Assembly (NCBI GenBank): GCA_028700115.1
Contig: JAQVTI010000001.1
Span: forward strand, 60,001-92,000
Length of the DNA: 32,000 nucleotides
Source of the DNA: Candidatus Iainarchaeum sp.
GTDB lineage: Archaea > Iainarchaeota > Iainarchaeia > Iainarchaeales > CSSED10-239
Reading direction: 5' to 3'
The translations under genes and the position numbers were made by a program. Positions 1 to 9,169 of the stretch are shown here, piece by piece. Position 1 is the first letter of the stretch, and each line of letters begins with the position of its first letter. The notes beneath the pieces were generated by a model. That model did not search any database. It was not told where the DNA came from and saw only the letters and a program-made list of their open reading frames with translations.

Positions 1-34
1 AACAACTAGATGTAATTTACATACATAGATAAAG

Positions 35-74
35 TTACCCTGGACCCTACAGAAATATTAAAAGTCCAGGGTAA
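35..74. other. GC-rich hairpin: 11-bp perfect inverted repeat TTACCCTGGAC / GTCCAGGGTAA with 18-nt loop
   Basis: Direct reading: ttaccctggac at 35-45 and its exact reverse complement gtccagggtaa at 64-74, just past the stop codon of the 81..716 minus gene. Function (terminator, structured RNA or element end) is not determined. Confidence 0.6.
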
Positions 75-80
75 GTTTAT

Positions 81-716
81 TTATTTTAAAACTTCACCAG
101 TCTCAAGATACCAAAGATATAAATCTAATTCTCCTTGAGTAAGTTTAAGTTTCTTAGACATCTTAGATAAAATTTCTTCAATCTCTAGATATCTTTGTTT
201 ATTTAGAGTTTTTGGTTTTTCTTTTAAAAACTTATAATCTATTAACACATCAATTATATGAAAATCAATTATTGCATAATTAAAAAAACCTATATTTCTT
301 AGAAAATGAGAAGCTTCCTTATAAGATAAACCCTTTATGTTTTTTACAATATACTCTCTTCTCTCAAGATCGTCTTTAAAAGAAAATATATTTTTTCTTA
401 AATCTTTTATAAACTGACGATTATAAACAATAAAAGAAGACCTTAGATTTGGATATCTATAACCTAGTTCTTTAAGTTTAGATGAAAGCTTTTTTTCAGA
501 AAAAGAAATAAAACCAGATTTAATTTTCTTAGTAATCTCAATTGCTCTTTTTGCACTATAGTTTGCAGTAAGGTTACAAAAGCTCATTTCCAAGAAAAGA
601 TATTTAGAAGGCTTTTTCTGAAATGATAAAAACTCACTTTTTCTTTTCTCAATAACTTTTCTAATATCTGATTTTTTTAAATCATTTACTTTCTTAAACA
701 AATCTTTTTGGTTCAT
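81..716 (-). CDS. ogg: N-glycosylase/DNA lyase, archaeal 8-oxoguanine DNA glycosylase type 2 (Ogg2) family
   Basis: Motifs YPNLRSSFIVYNRQ, IKGLSYKEASHFLRNIGFFNYAIIDFHI (HhH/Lys-Asp catalytic region) and C-terminal LDLYLWYLETGEVLK, typical of the archaeal Ogg2 family. Confidence 0.9.
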   Translation of the reverse strand: MNQKDLFKKVNDLKKSDIRKVIEKRKSEFLSFQKKPSKYLFLEMSFCNLTANYSAKRAIEITKKIKSGFISFSEKKLSSKLKELGYRYPNLRSSFIVYNRQFIKDLRKNIFSFKDDLERREYIVKNIKGLSYKEASHFLRNIGFFNYAIIDFHIIDVLIDYKFLKEKPKTLNKQRYLEIEEILSKMSKKLKLTQGELDLYLWYLETGEVLK

Positions 717-737
717 AATAAAAAAATAAAAGAACTA

Positions 738-1121
738 TTAAAGTTCTTTTTTCCAAAATCCATGTAAGTTACAATATTCTCTTGCAATAACTTTTTGACC
801 TTTCTTAACACAAAAATTAACTATAGGTTTATCTTCTGGTTTTAGATGCTTAATATAACTTACATCATCTACAATTAACTCAATCCATTTAATATAATGC
901 CCTTCTTCCATAGGATGTAAGACTTCACCAACAATTACTTCATAACCATTTTCTGTTTCTTTGATTACAGGAACATGCTTTTCGTTTGCTGCATCAGTTG
1001 TATTTTCTTCAAGTCTAGACATAGGCTTATTACAACAAACAAGTTGACCCATACCAGTATCTAACACTTCAACTATGTTTCCACAAATCTCACATTTGTA
1101 AACTTCTTTTAATTTAGTCAT
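738..1121 (-). CDS. dfx: Desulfoferrodoxin / superoxide reductase (2Fe-SOR)
   Basis: N-terminal desulforedoxin centre YKCEICGN...VCCNKPM; SOR motifs EKHVPVI, HPMEEGHYI and CNLHGFW. Confidence 0.95.
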   Translation of the reverse strand: MTKLKEVYKCEICGNIVEVLDTGMGQLVCCNKPMSRLEENTTDAANEKHVPVIKETENGYEVIVGEVLHPMEEGHYIKWIELIVDDVSYIKHLKPEDKPIVNFCVKKGQKVIAREYCNLHGFWKKEL

Positions 1122-1143
1122 TTTTAAAACACCTCAAATATTT

Positions 1144-1497
1144 TTATTTTTTTAAAGACTTCTCAATAGATTTAACACCATACTCAAAAGAAAAACCATC
1201 CATATTCAAAGAAACTTTTCTTTTTTCAAGTTCATCTAGAAACTCTCTATAAGACAAACCAGAAATTTCTGCTCCTTCTGATAAATTAATTTCTCTTTTT
1301 TTATAAGCTTCAATTGCTTTTTTTAGTTTATACTCAGAAATATCATTTTCTATTAAATGCCTAATATACTCAGACTCACTTATGTTTTTTTCTTTAGAGA
1401 TTAAATATACACTCTCCATAACAGAGTCTTTTAATCTTAAAGTCTTAACATTCATTTTACTACAATCTTTATATTCTTTTGATTTCATAAAAACCAC
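1144..1497 (-). CDS. Ribbon-helix-helix / UPF0175-like putative antitoxin
   Basis: N-terminal RHH-like VKTLRLKDSVMESVYLISKEKNISESEYIRHLIENDI, then UPF0175-like YKLKKAIEAYKKREINLSEGAEISGLSYREFLDEL. Overlaps the PIN-like gene by 29 nt; the start may be a downstream Met. Confidence 0.75.
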   Translation of the reverse strand: MVFMKSKEYKDCSKMNVKTLRLKDSVMESVYLISKEKNISESEYIRHLIENDISEYKLKKAIEAYKKREINLSEGAEISGLSYREFLDELEKRKVSLNMDGFSFEYGVKSIEKSLKK

Positions 1498-1993
1498 ATA
1501 TTTCTTTTAAATAATTTTTAGGTATAGAATCACAAATAATTCTTAATTTATCTTTTAATCCATTTTTCTTAATTTTTTTATGTTTATACAAATAAAACAT
1601 AAACTCAACAATGTTTGAACATAATATATTATTTTTCACACAAAAACTATAAGGCCTACCATTATCAATAAACACAATTGCCTTAATTTCTTTTGCAAGC
1701 AAGATACTAAAATATTCTCCTGAATTTTTAGATACTTGAAATGGTAAATTTTTATTAACTAAAGTTTTTGGTTGTTTAATAAGTATTTTTTTATCTTCAA
1801 CTAATTTTAATAAAAATCTAATATCAAATGGAAGATATAAACTTTTGTCTTTAAAATATGTTATTTCTTCATAAACCTTTTTAGTCATCACTAAATCATA
1901 ATGTTCTAAAAAGATATTTATTAAATTAGTTTTAACTAGATGAATATAAAAAGAGGAATCTAATATAGCTAAAGGTTTTTTTGAAATAACCAT
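1469..1993 (-). CDS. PIN-like domain nuclease, putative toxin
   Basis: PIN-like spacing of acidic residues: LAILDSSFYI, VYEEIT, SGEYFSILLA, AIVFIDNGRP. Paired with the overlapping antitoxin-like ORF. Confidence 0.7.
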   Translation of the reverse strand: MVISKKPLAILDSSFYIHLVKTNLINIFLEHYDLVMTKKVYEEITYFKDKSLYLPFDIRFLLKLVEDKKILIKQPKTLVNKNLPFQVSKNSGEYFSILLAKEIKAIVFIDNGRPYSFCVKNNILCSNIVEFMFYLYKHKKIKKNGLKDKLRIICDSIPKNYLKEICGFYEIKRI

Positions 1994-2066
1994 ATATATT
2001 ATATAAACAGAAATGTTTTTAAATGTATTACATAGTAATACAAATAAAAACAGATTTTAAAAAATC

Positions 2067-2660
2067 CTAATAATCTTCACATTGTTTTTCAAAATAATTA
2101 TAAGGATGATCACAAGATGGACATTTCTCAGGAGGCTTAGTTCCTTCTTCTAAATAACCACATTTTCTACAAATCCAATATACTTTATTTTCTTTTTCAA
2201 ACATTGTATTATTTTCAATTTCTTTTAAAAGTTTAGAAAATCTATCTTCATGATGTTTTTCTGCAACTGCAATTGATTTTAATCTATCTGCAATATCATC
2301 AAGTCCTTCTTCTCTTGCAATCTTAGAATAATCAGGATACATTGTAGTATTTTCAAAATTTTCTCCTTTAATTGCAGATTTAAGATTTTCTTTTGTATTT
2401 CCTAGAGTTGTAGGAACTTCAACTTCTAGTTTTAAATCTTCAAACTTCTGATTATTTTTTTCAAGTAAACTATTTAAAAGTCTAAAAAGCCATTTTGCAT
2501 GTTCAGTTTCTTGAGTTGCAGTTGCTTCAAAAACTTCAGTTATTTTTTCAAATCCTTCTTTTTTTGCAATCTTTGCATAAAATGTATATCTATTTCTTGC
2601 TTGGCATTCTCCAACATATGCATTTGCTAAATTTAAAATTGTTTTATTCATAAAATACAC
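2067..2660 (-). CDS. rbr: Rubrerythrin
   Basis: Ferritin-like N-terminus (ECQARNRYTFYAKIA, ETEHAKW, AEKHHEDRF) plus C-terminal rubredoxin-like WICRKCGYLEEGTKPPEKCPSCDHP. Ends with TAG. Confidence 0.95.
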   Translation of the reverse strand: MYFMNKTILNLANAYVGECQARNRYTFYAKIAKKEGFEKITEVFEATATQETEHAKWLFRLLNSLLEKNNQKFEDLKLEVEVPTTLGNTKENLKSAIKGENFENTTMYPDYSKIAREEGLDDIADRLKSIAVAEKHHEDRFSKLLKEIENNTMFEKENKVYWICRKCGYLEEGTKPPEKCPSCDHPYNYFEKQCEDY

Positions 2661-2752
2661 CTCTTATTTTTAATATATTTAGATATATTAAAAACAAAAA
2701 GTATTAAATAGTATTTTATTAATATATAATATAGAAAAAAAGTGATAATTAT

Positions 2753-3586
2753 ATGGATATTTTAGAAAATATAGATTATTTAATAAATAACTCAAGAGAA
2801 GTATATAGATCAATTATAGTTCCATTATATCAATTAAAAAAAGAAGAACTTATTCTAACTTTAAAAAAACTAGAAACATCTCTTGAAAAGTTAGCACAAG
2901 ATACAATCTCAATTAATAGAAAAACATTAATACAATACTCAATTGAGATAAATACATCTAAAATGCAACTTTTCCATGAAGATTTTCTAATACTTGCAAA
3001 TAATATAAAAAAACAAATCTTTCTAGAAGAAAACAAAGCAGAAGTAAAAAATCAATTACTAAATATAAAAGAAGCAATTTCACATCCTCAAACATATTAT
3101 GATATTGAAGAAAAACTAAAAAATGAAATAAATATTTATATTGATTTTCTAGAAAGTGCAAAACTACAAATTAAAAATAAATACATAGACATAAGTAAAG
3201 AGAAAAAAACAAAAGAAGAACTTCTAAAAATAATAGAAGCTAAAAATCATGTAATAAAAGAACAACATAAAAAAATAAATGATTATTCATGGCTTGAGGC
3301 TAAAGAAAAGGCAAAAGATTCTAAAATCTCAGGTCTAGAAGAAGCTCTTTTAAAAAAAGTAAAAGTTACAGAAGAAAGACAAATTCTTCTAAAAATACAT
3401 GTTTCTAAAATAGAGTCTGAAATAAATGAAATTTATAGACATATAAAAAACCTAAATCACGATATTAAAAGTTTAGATAATTTTAATCTAGAAAAAGAAC
3501 AAATTTCTCTAGAGTTAATAAGAGAACTAAAAGATGAGCTTCTAGCAACTAGATATGCTCTATCTAAAAAACTAAATAAAGAATAA
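2753..3586 (+). CDS. Hypothetical cytoplasmic coiled-coil protein (277 aa)
   Basis: Long Lys/Glu/Leu heptad-like stretches and no TM segment; stop codon is 2 nt before the next start codon. Confidence 0.7.
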   Translation: MDILENIDYLINNSREVYRSIIVPLYQLKKEELILTLKKLETSLEKLAQDTISINRKTLIQYSIEINTSKMQLFHEDFLILANNIKKQIFLEENKAEVKNQLLNIKEAISHPQTYYDIEEKLKNEINIYIDFLESAKLQIKNKYIDISKEKKTKEELLKIIEAKNHVIKEQHKKINDYSWLEAKEKAKDSKISGLEEALLKKVKVTEERQILLKIHVSKIESEINEIYRHIKNLNHDIKSLDNFNLEKEQISLELIRELKDELLATRYALSKKLNKE

Positions 3587-3588
3587 AT

Positions 3589-5097
3589 ATGAGTAACTAC
3601 GATCCATTCGGAGGAGATTTAAAAAGTAATTCTCCATTTAAATCTAATGAGTATAGTTATGGGTATGACACAAAGCCTAAGAAAAAAGGAAGTGGATTGA
3701 TAGTTTTATTAGTTATTTTATTAATAGGTGTATTTTTAGCAAAATACTTTTTATTTAACACAGCAGAAGTATCTTTTGATATAAAAGATATTGAAGGAGA
3801 TTCAATTGATGCAAAAATACTTCTTGCAAAAGATTCTTCTTTTAATAGAAATCTAGAAATTTTTTCTCCAGGTGTAAGTAAAGAGATCAAAAAAGGCACA
3901 TATTATCTTAAAGTTGAAAAAACAGGATATATTCCTCTAAAAATGGAAGATGTAGAAATAAAGGAAGATGGAGAAATTAAATTAGATCCTTTAGAAAAAA
4001 ACATATCTCTAACTATAACAAATCTTTCTTTTGAAGAAGAAATTTATGCAGGACAAAGATTAAATCTAATAATAAGTCTTGATAATAAATCTACTGAAGA
4101 ATTTAATGCAGATTGTTTTACTTTAGAAGGAGATTTTAAAGATTGGAATTATATATATGTAGATACTCAAGGTTTTGAAATAAATAAAGATAGTATTAAG
4201 ATAAATCCAAAAACTAAACAAAGTGTAATTTTACAAATGCAGGTTCCAACAGACATAGACCCAGATGAATATACAGGAAAGGTAAGAATTAAATATAGAG
4301 ATTCTTCAAAAGAAATTGAATATGAAGTTATTGAAGAACCTGAAATAACATATACTTTTAATTTAGAAGATTCTCTTGAGAGTGGTTCTTCAAAAACATA
4401 TAAACTTACAGTTGATAATAGGAAAAACAATGTAACAATTAGTGATTTAAAAATAGATTTTGATATAAATTCAGAAAATAATACAAATGTAAGAAATTAT
4501 TTTCCAAAAAGCGAAATTATAGAAATTGCTTCAAAAAAGAAAATAGAAAAAGCAATAAATGTGGAAATTCCAGTTAGTGCTGTTTCTGATAATTTAGAAG
4601 GAAATTTAGTTTTGTCTTCAAGTAGCTTTAGAGAAGATGTTTTACTTCCTTTATCTCTAGAGATAACTGAACCAGAAATTAACTTAGATCTAGACTTATC
4701 TAAAGAAAATGTTACATTAACAGTTGATCCTGATACTAACCTTTTAGAAAATACAACTTCTACTCTAACAATTACAAACAATAACAAAGTAGACTTAGAT
4801 ATTTCAAATATTTATTATGAAAATATATCTCTTCAGACAGACTGTCAAAACTTAGTTTATATTTCAGAAAATGTAATTCCTTCAAAGATATTAACAAACA
4901 CAAGTCATGATGTTTTAATTAACCTTGTGTATATGCAAGACCCAGAAGGAAATAACCCAACTGCTCCTGAGATAACAGATTTTTCATTCCTTAAGGGAAC
5001 AACTAGAAGTTGTCAAATAAATGTAAGGTTTAGACACCCTTATAGACCAGATGAAATAGTTGAACTTTCAAAGATAATAACAGTTAATGTGAATTAA
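3589..5097 (+). CDS. Membrane-anchored extracellular protein with PEGA-like and Ig/NEW3-like beta domains
   Basis: Single N-terminal TM (GLIVLLVILLIGVFLAKYFLF) after a basic stretch; PEGA-like KKGTYYLKVEKTGYIPLKMEDVEIKEDGE; repeated sandwich-domain patterns (LTITNLSFEEEIYAGQRLNLIISLDNKS; LTVDNRKNNVTISDLKIDF). Confidence 0.6.
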   Translation: MSNYDPFGGDLKSNSPFKSNEYSYGYDTKPKKKGSGLIVLLVILLIGVFLAKYFLFNTAEVSFDIKDIEGDSIDAKILLAKDSSFNRNLEIFSPGVSKEIKKGTYYLKVEKTGYIPLKMEDVEIKEDGEIKLDPLEKNISLTITNLSFEEEIYAGQRLNLIISLDNKSTEEFNADCFTLEGDFKDWNYIYVDTQGFEINKDSIKINPKTKQSVILQMQVPTDIDPDEYTGKVRIKYRDSSKEIEYEVIEEPEITYTFNLEDSLESGSSKTYKLTVDNRKNNVTISDLKIDFDINSENNTNVRNYFPKSEIIEIASKKKIEKAINVEIPVSAVSDNLEGNLVLSSSSFREDVLLPLSLEITEPEINLDLDLSKENVTLTVDPDTNLLENTTSTLTITNNNKVDLDISNIYYENISLQTDCQNLVYISENVIPSKILTNTSHDVLINLVYMQDPEGNNPTAPEITDFSFLKGTTRSCQINVRFRHPYRPDEIVELSKIITVNVN

Positions 5098-5100
5098 ATT

Positions 5101-5745
5101 ATGAAAAAACAAGATAAATTTAAAATACAAGTAAATAAAGACCATTATTATAATAATTATGATGATATACTTAGATGGATATCATATTATTATCAAATAG
5201 ATAATATTTTAAAATTAAAACCTAAATCTGTTTTAGAAATAGGTGTTGGAAATAAAACCACATATAATTATTTAAAAGATAAAATAAATATTACAACTTG
5301 TGATTTTGATAAAAATCTAAAACCAGACATTGTAGGAGATATAAGAAATCTACCTATAAAAGATAAAACCTATGATGTAGTTTGTGCTTTTGAAGTTTTA
5401 GAACACATTCCTTTTTCAGATTTTAAAAAAGCAATAAAAGAATTAAAAAGAGTATCTAAAAAATATGTAATTATATCTATACCATATAGTTCAATTTATT
5501 TTAATAATGTATTTAAATTTCCTTTAATTAATAGAATATTTCACAAAAGATTTATAGAAATGACTATAAAAATACCATTATTTTTTAAAAAACATAAATT
5601 TAATGGAGAACATTACTGGGAAATTGGAAAAAAAGGATATCCTATTAAAAAAATAAGAAAAATAATAAAAACAGAATATAAAATAATAAAAGAAGAAAGT
5701 TCTTTATTAAATAAATATCACTATTATTTTATATTACAAAAATAA
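5101..5745 (+). CDS. Class I SAM-dependent methyltransferase
   Basis: Motifs VLEIGVGNKTTYNYL, DVVCAFEVLEHIPF and ELKRVSKKYVIISIP. Confidence 0.85.
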   Translation: MKKQDKFKIQVNKDHYYNNYDDILRWISYYYQIDNILKLKPKSVLEIGVGNKTTYNYLKDKINITTCDFDKNLKPDIVGDIRNLPIKDKTYDVVCAFEVLEHIPFSDFKKAIKELKRVSKKYVIISIPYSSIYFNNVFKFPLINRIFHKRFIEMTIKIPLFFKKHKFNGEHYWEIGKKGYPIKKIRKIIKTEYKIIKEESSLLNKYHYYFILQK

Positions 5746-5752
5746 AATATTT

Positions 5753-6654
5753 TTAATAATAGCCATATTTTTTTAATCCAAGTTTATATTTTTTATCTAA
5801 TTTTTTATTATCTTCTTTACACATCTCAAGTATCTTTTTACAAGTACCTGTTTTATCTCTATAAGGCAGATCAAATTTATTAATAAAATTATCCCATTTG
5901 TCAGAAATATTTAATTTTCTTAAAATGCCTCTAAAAGTTGCAAATTTCCAAGATTTTTTATCAAATAAATAAACAGGAACACCTTTATAAAATCCATTAG
6001 GATTATTTAAAGAATATTTAAAATTATTTAAAAATCTATTATATATAGTCCTAAATAAACCAAATTTAGAATTAATAATTTTTAATTCATATTTTGGGAC
6101 ACTACATTCACAAAATACACAAACCTCTTTAATAACATTATCTGGTTGCTCACAAAATTTTTCAAAAGGAACAATTAAAACATTTTTCTTTCCAAATAAT
6201 TTAACTATATAATCAATATAATTTAAATAATAAAAATTAAATAAATTAGGAATAAAAACTTTCTAGAATCACGCCTATTATTCAAATTATAAAAAGATTT
6301 TAAAGATAATGTACTTCCTGTTTTGATAGTTTGTAAATACATAGATTTTGCTAAACTATCTTGTTTTCTAATAAATAAAATTATTTTAGATTTTTTTTGA
6401 ATTAAATATAATTTATCCAATATATCTTTTCTATTTATAACTCTTTCTTCAATCCATCCAGAAAGATGTTCTGAAGAATATAAACCAGATTTTAATTTAA
6501 ATTTTTTAAAATATAAAACATCATCAAAAATTAATCTATTAAAATACTTAAAATCAGTAAAATCAACATAATTCAAATTTAACTTTGGAAAAATTTCTTT
6601 TTGAAAGAAAGTAGATCCTGTTTTATGTAAACCAATATGAAATATAATAATCAT
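5753..6654 (-). pseudogene. Sulfotransferase-like gene, frameshifted (ORF track shows only the 143-aa N-terminal part, 6223..6654)
   Basis: N-terminal IIIFHIGLHKTGSTFFQ (PAPS-binding loop) and KIILFIRKQDSLAKSMYLQ. Hand translation of 5753..~6261 in another minus frame gives a continuous conserved-looking C-terminus (FNFYYLNYIDYIVKLFGKKNVLIVPFEKFCEQPDNVIKEV...KKYGYY*). The shift lies around AGAAAG at 6259-6264; 902 nt + 1 = 301 codons. Confidence 0.8.
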
Positions 6655-6688
6655 AAAAAAATTATCTTAAAAACATTTAAAAAAGCTA

Positions 6689-7075
6689 TTATTGATTAAT
6701 TTTAGATTTAATATAAGTAGAAGATATACCTTTAGTTCTAGATAAATAAACTATCTCACAATAAGGTTTTAAAAAATTAAATTTATCTTTCCAATCATCA
6801 CCCATAAAAAAAACATCAACATTATATTTTTTAACATCTTTAATTTTTTGATTCCAAGTATTTTCTGGAATAACTTTATCAACATATTTAATAGAACTTA
6901 ATAATTCTTTTCTGATTTTATAATTATAAAAACTAGTTTTATTTTTTAACTTATTAAATTCATCCGTAGATAAAGCAACAATTAAAAAATCAACTTTAGA
7001 TTTTGCTCTTTTTAATAAACGTACATGTCCATAATGCAAAATATCAAAAGTACCATAAGTAATACCTATTTTCAT
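6689..7075 (-). CDS. tagD: Glycerol-3-phosphate cytidylyltransferase-like (TagD family)
   Basis: ITYGTFDILHYGHVRLLKRAK nucleotidyltransferase motif, VALSTDEFN, KYVDKVIPE, DVFFMGDDWKDKFNFLKPYCEIVYLSRTKGISSTYIK; closely resembles bacterial TagD. Confidence 0.88.
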   Translation of the reverse strand: MKIGITYGTFDILHYGHVRLLKRAKSKVDFLIVALSTDEFNKLKNKTSFYNYKIRKELLSSIKYVDKVIPENTWNQKIKDVKKYNVDVFFMGDDWKDKFNFLKPYCEIVYLSRTKGISSTYIKSKINQ

Positions 7076-8253
7076 AAATAATTCTCCTTTATAAAATAAT
7101 ATAATCTTTTAGAAGCAAACCCATCTTTATATTTATGCCTTAAGTCTAACATTAATCTTATTTTACTAGAATCCATAGAATCATATTTATCAAAATTAAA
7201 TAACAACGATTTATAATTATTTATAATCTTTCCAGGCAGCCAAAAATCAATAGGATCTAAAAATAACCCTCTATTATACTTAAATTTATTTAAATCAGAA
7301 TTTAAAATAAAAATAGGTTTATTTAATAATAAATAATCAATAGCTACAGAAGAATAATCAGTAATTAAAACATCAGAAGCACCCATAAAACTATATAAAT
7401 TAAAATTTAAAAAATTCAAATCAGAATTTAATATAAATAAAATATTTGACAATGAATCAAATTTATCTAATTTTTTTAGTCTTAAATCGTAAGGATGCAA
7501 TTTAACTAATAATAAAAAATTATTTTTTTTAAGATATAAATTAAATTTTTTCAAATTAAAATCTTTAAATAAAAATAAATTACTTAAATAATTCATATTA
7601 ACATTAGAATTAGAATATATTGAAAAATTATCTCTAAAAGTAGGCAAATAAAAATAAATCTTTTTATAATTTGAATTTTTACATTTATATAACAACAATT
7701 TAGTTAAATTTTTTTTTTGGAAATTAGAATTAAATAACACATCATTTCTAGCTAAGCCAAATAATAAAATTTTATTAGGATCTATATTATAAGCAGAAGA
7801 AAATTCTAATTTATCTATTTGAGAACAAAATATAAAATAACAATTTTTATTAACCCCATATTTAAATGCAGTATTTTGATTTAAAAAACGGCCCATATTT
7901 TTTAAAGCACAACCATGCCATAAATGAAAAACAACTCTTCGTTTTGATCTAAACCCTGTAAAACCACCATGACTTACAAAAATAAATTTTGAAAATAATA
8001 TTTTAAAAAAACCTTTTAAAGAATACAAATTATAAGATTTCACATTATATTTATTAAATAAATAATTTGATTCTTTATTATCATGACTAATCCAAATCAA
8101 ATTAAAGTTTTTTTTAGATTTCATAAATTTATAAAATGCATCAACATTAGAAAAATCACCATTATTTGATACAAAAATAAAATTATTTTTATATTTAGGA
8201 GTAATATAATCTAATAAACTTACTAACCTAAAAAACAAACTTTTAAAAATCAT
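7072..8253 (-). CDS. CDP-glycerol:poly(glycerophosphate) glycerophosphotransferase family (TagB/TagF-like)
   Basis: VFHLWHGCALKNMGR, CSQIDKLEFSSAYNIDPNKILLFGLARNDVLF, YLPTFRDNF, LLVKLHPYD, SDVLITDYSSVAIDYLLLNKPIFI. 4-nt overlap with the tagD-like gene. Confidence 0.88.
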   Translation of the reverse strand: MIFKSLFFRLVSLLDYITPKYKNNFIFVSNNGDFSNVDAFYKFMKSKKNFNLIWISHDNKESNYLFNKYNVKSYNLYSLKGFFKILFSKFIFVSHGGFTGFRSKRRVVFHLWHGCALKNMGRFLNQNTAFKYGVNKNCYFIFCSQIDKLEFSSAYNIDPNKILLFGLARNDVLFNSNFQKKNLTKLLLYKCKNSNYKKIYFYLPTFRDNFSIYSNSNVNMNYLSNLFLFKDFNLKKFNLYLKKNNFLLLVKLHPYDLRLKKLDKFDSLSNILFILNSDLNFLNFNLYSFMGASDVLITDYSSVAIDYLLLNKPIFILNSDLNKFKYNRGLFLDPIDFWLPGKIINNYKSLLFNFDKYDSMDSSKIRLMLDLRHKYKDGFASKRLYYFIKENYL

Positions 8254-8257
8254 AAAA

Positions 8258-9169
8258 TCAAATCTTTATTTTCTTTAATAATTTTAAAAATAAACCAAAT
8301 AAATTTAATTTATAATATTTTTTAGAAATAAAATTATCTACAAAAATATTTCTTAAAAATACATCGGGATGTATATAAATATTTAATATTCTATTATCTT
8401 GTTTTACACTATTAATAGTGTGAGTAGAATCAACCCCAAAACCAATATTTTTAACTAAATCATATTTAGGTTGAATAGATAAGCCATTATTTACCCAAAT
8501 ATTATATTGCCATATATAAGCCCAAGTATTAATTTTATTATTTTTTACAAGATTAAATATATATCTCCAATATAATCTATCTAATAATCTATTATTAATT
8601 AATTTAAAAAATTTATTTTTCTTAAATTCATTATAATTAGACATATTAATATCATATTTGTTCCAAGCTCTTCTCCAAGAAGCCCAACCCCAAATATGCG
8701 CATATTTTGAAAAAAAATAATCTGAATCAATATATTTTTTTCTAATTTTATCATTAATAAAGGTATTTCCTGAAAGAATCATTATTCTATCATCATCTTT
8801 ATATCTAACTAAAAGTTCTTTACAATATTTAAAAAAACTATTATTAGGTAAACAATCATCTTCTAAAATAATACCCATTTCTTCATTTTTAAAAAACCAA
8901 GTAATTGCAGAAGAAACTGCAAGTTTACAACCTAAGTTTTTTTTTCTATATAAAGTTTTAACTTTACAATCCCAATCTATTTTTGAAACAATTTTTTTAA
9001 CTTCATCATTTTTTTTAAGATCATCCAAATTATTTTCTCTAGGACCATCTGCAGCAATATAAAGTTTTTTAGGTTTCATACTTCTAATTTTTGCAAAAAC
9101 TTTCTTAGTTGTATCAGGTCTATTGAAAATTAAAAATAATATAGGAATATCATAACTCATAAAAATCAC
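8258..9169 (-). CDS. Glycosyltransferase, nucleotide-diphospho-sugar transferase fold (GT2/GNT-I-like)
   Basis: IPILFLIFNRPDTTKKVFAKI, LYIAADGPR, NLGCKLAVSSAITWFFKNEEMGIILEDDCLPN, YAHIWGWASWRRAW. Confidence 0.8.
   Translation of the reverse strand: MIFMSYDIPILFLIFNRPDTTKKVFAKIRSMKPKKLYIAADGPRENNLDDLKKNDEVKKIVSKIDWDCKVKTLYRKKNLGCKLAVSSAITWFFKNEEMGIILEDDCLPNNSFFKYCKELLVRYKDDDRIMILSGNTFINDKIRKKYIDSDYFFSKYAHIWGWASWRRAWNKYDINMSNYNEFKKNKFFKLINNRLLDRLYWRYIFNLVKNNKINTWAYIWQYNIWVNNGLSIQPKYDLVKNIGFGVDSTHTINSVKQDNRILNIYIHPDVFLRNIFVDNFISKKYYKLNLFGLFLKLLKKIKI

Noticed and set aside
2830-4787. Short minus-strand ORFs 2830..3036, 2958..3161, 3657..3899, 4167..4430, 4497..4787
   Set aside because: They lie antisense within two long, well-formed plus-strand genes; low-complexity hydrophobic translations, no recognisable motifs. 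Treated as spurious shadow ORFs.
6259-6264. Programmed -1 ribosomal frameshift in the sulfotransferase-like gene
   Set aside because: AGAAAG is not a classical slippery heptamer and no obvious downstream structure is visible; a simple indel is more likely.
6689-7075. Assignment as archaeal RibL (FAD synthetase) instead of TagD
   Set aside because: RibL is a homologous archaeal family, but the MGDDW...F.FL..CEVVYL.RT.GIS.T-type signature and 4-nt overlap with a TagB/TagF-like gene favour a TagD-like role. Phylogeny is still needed.
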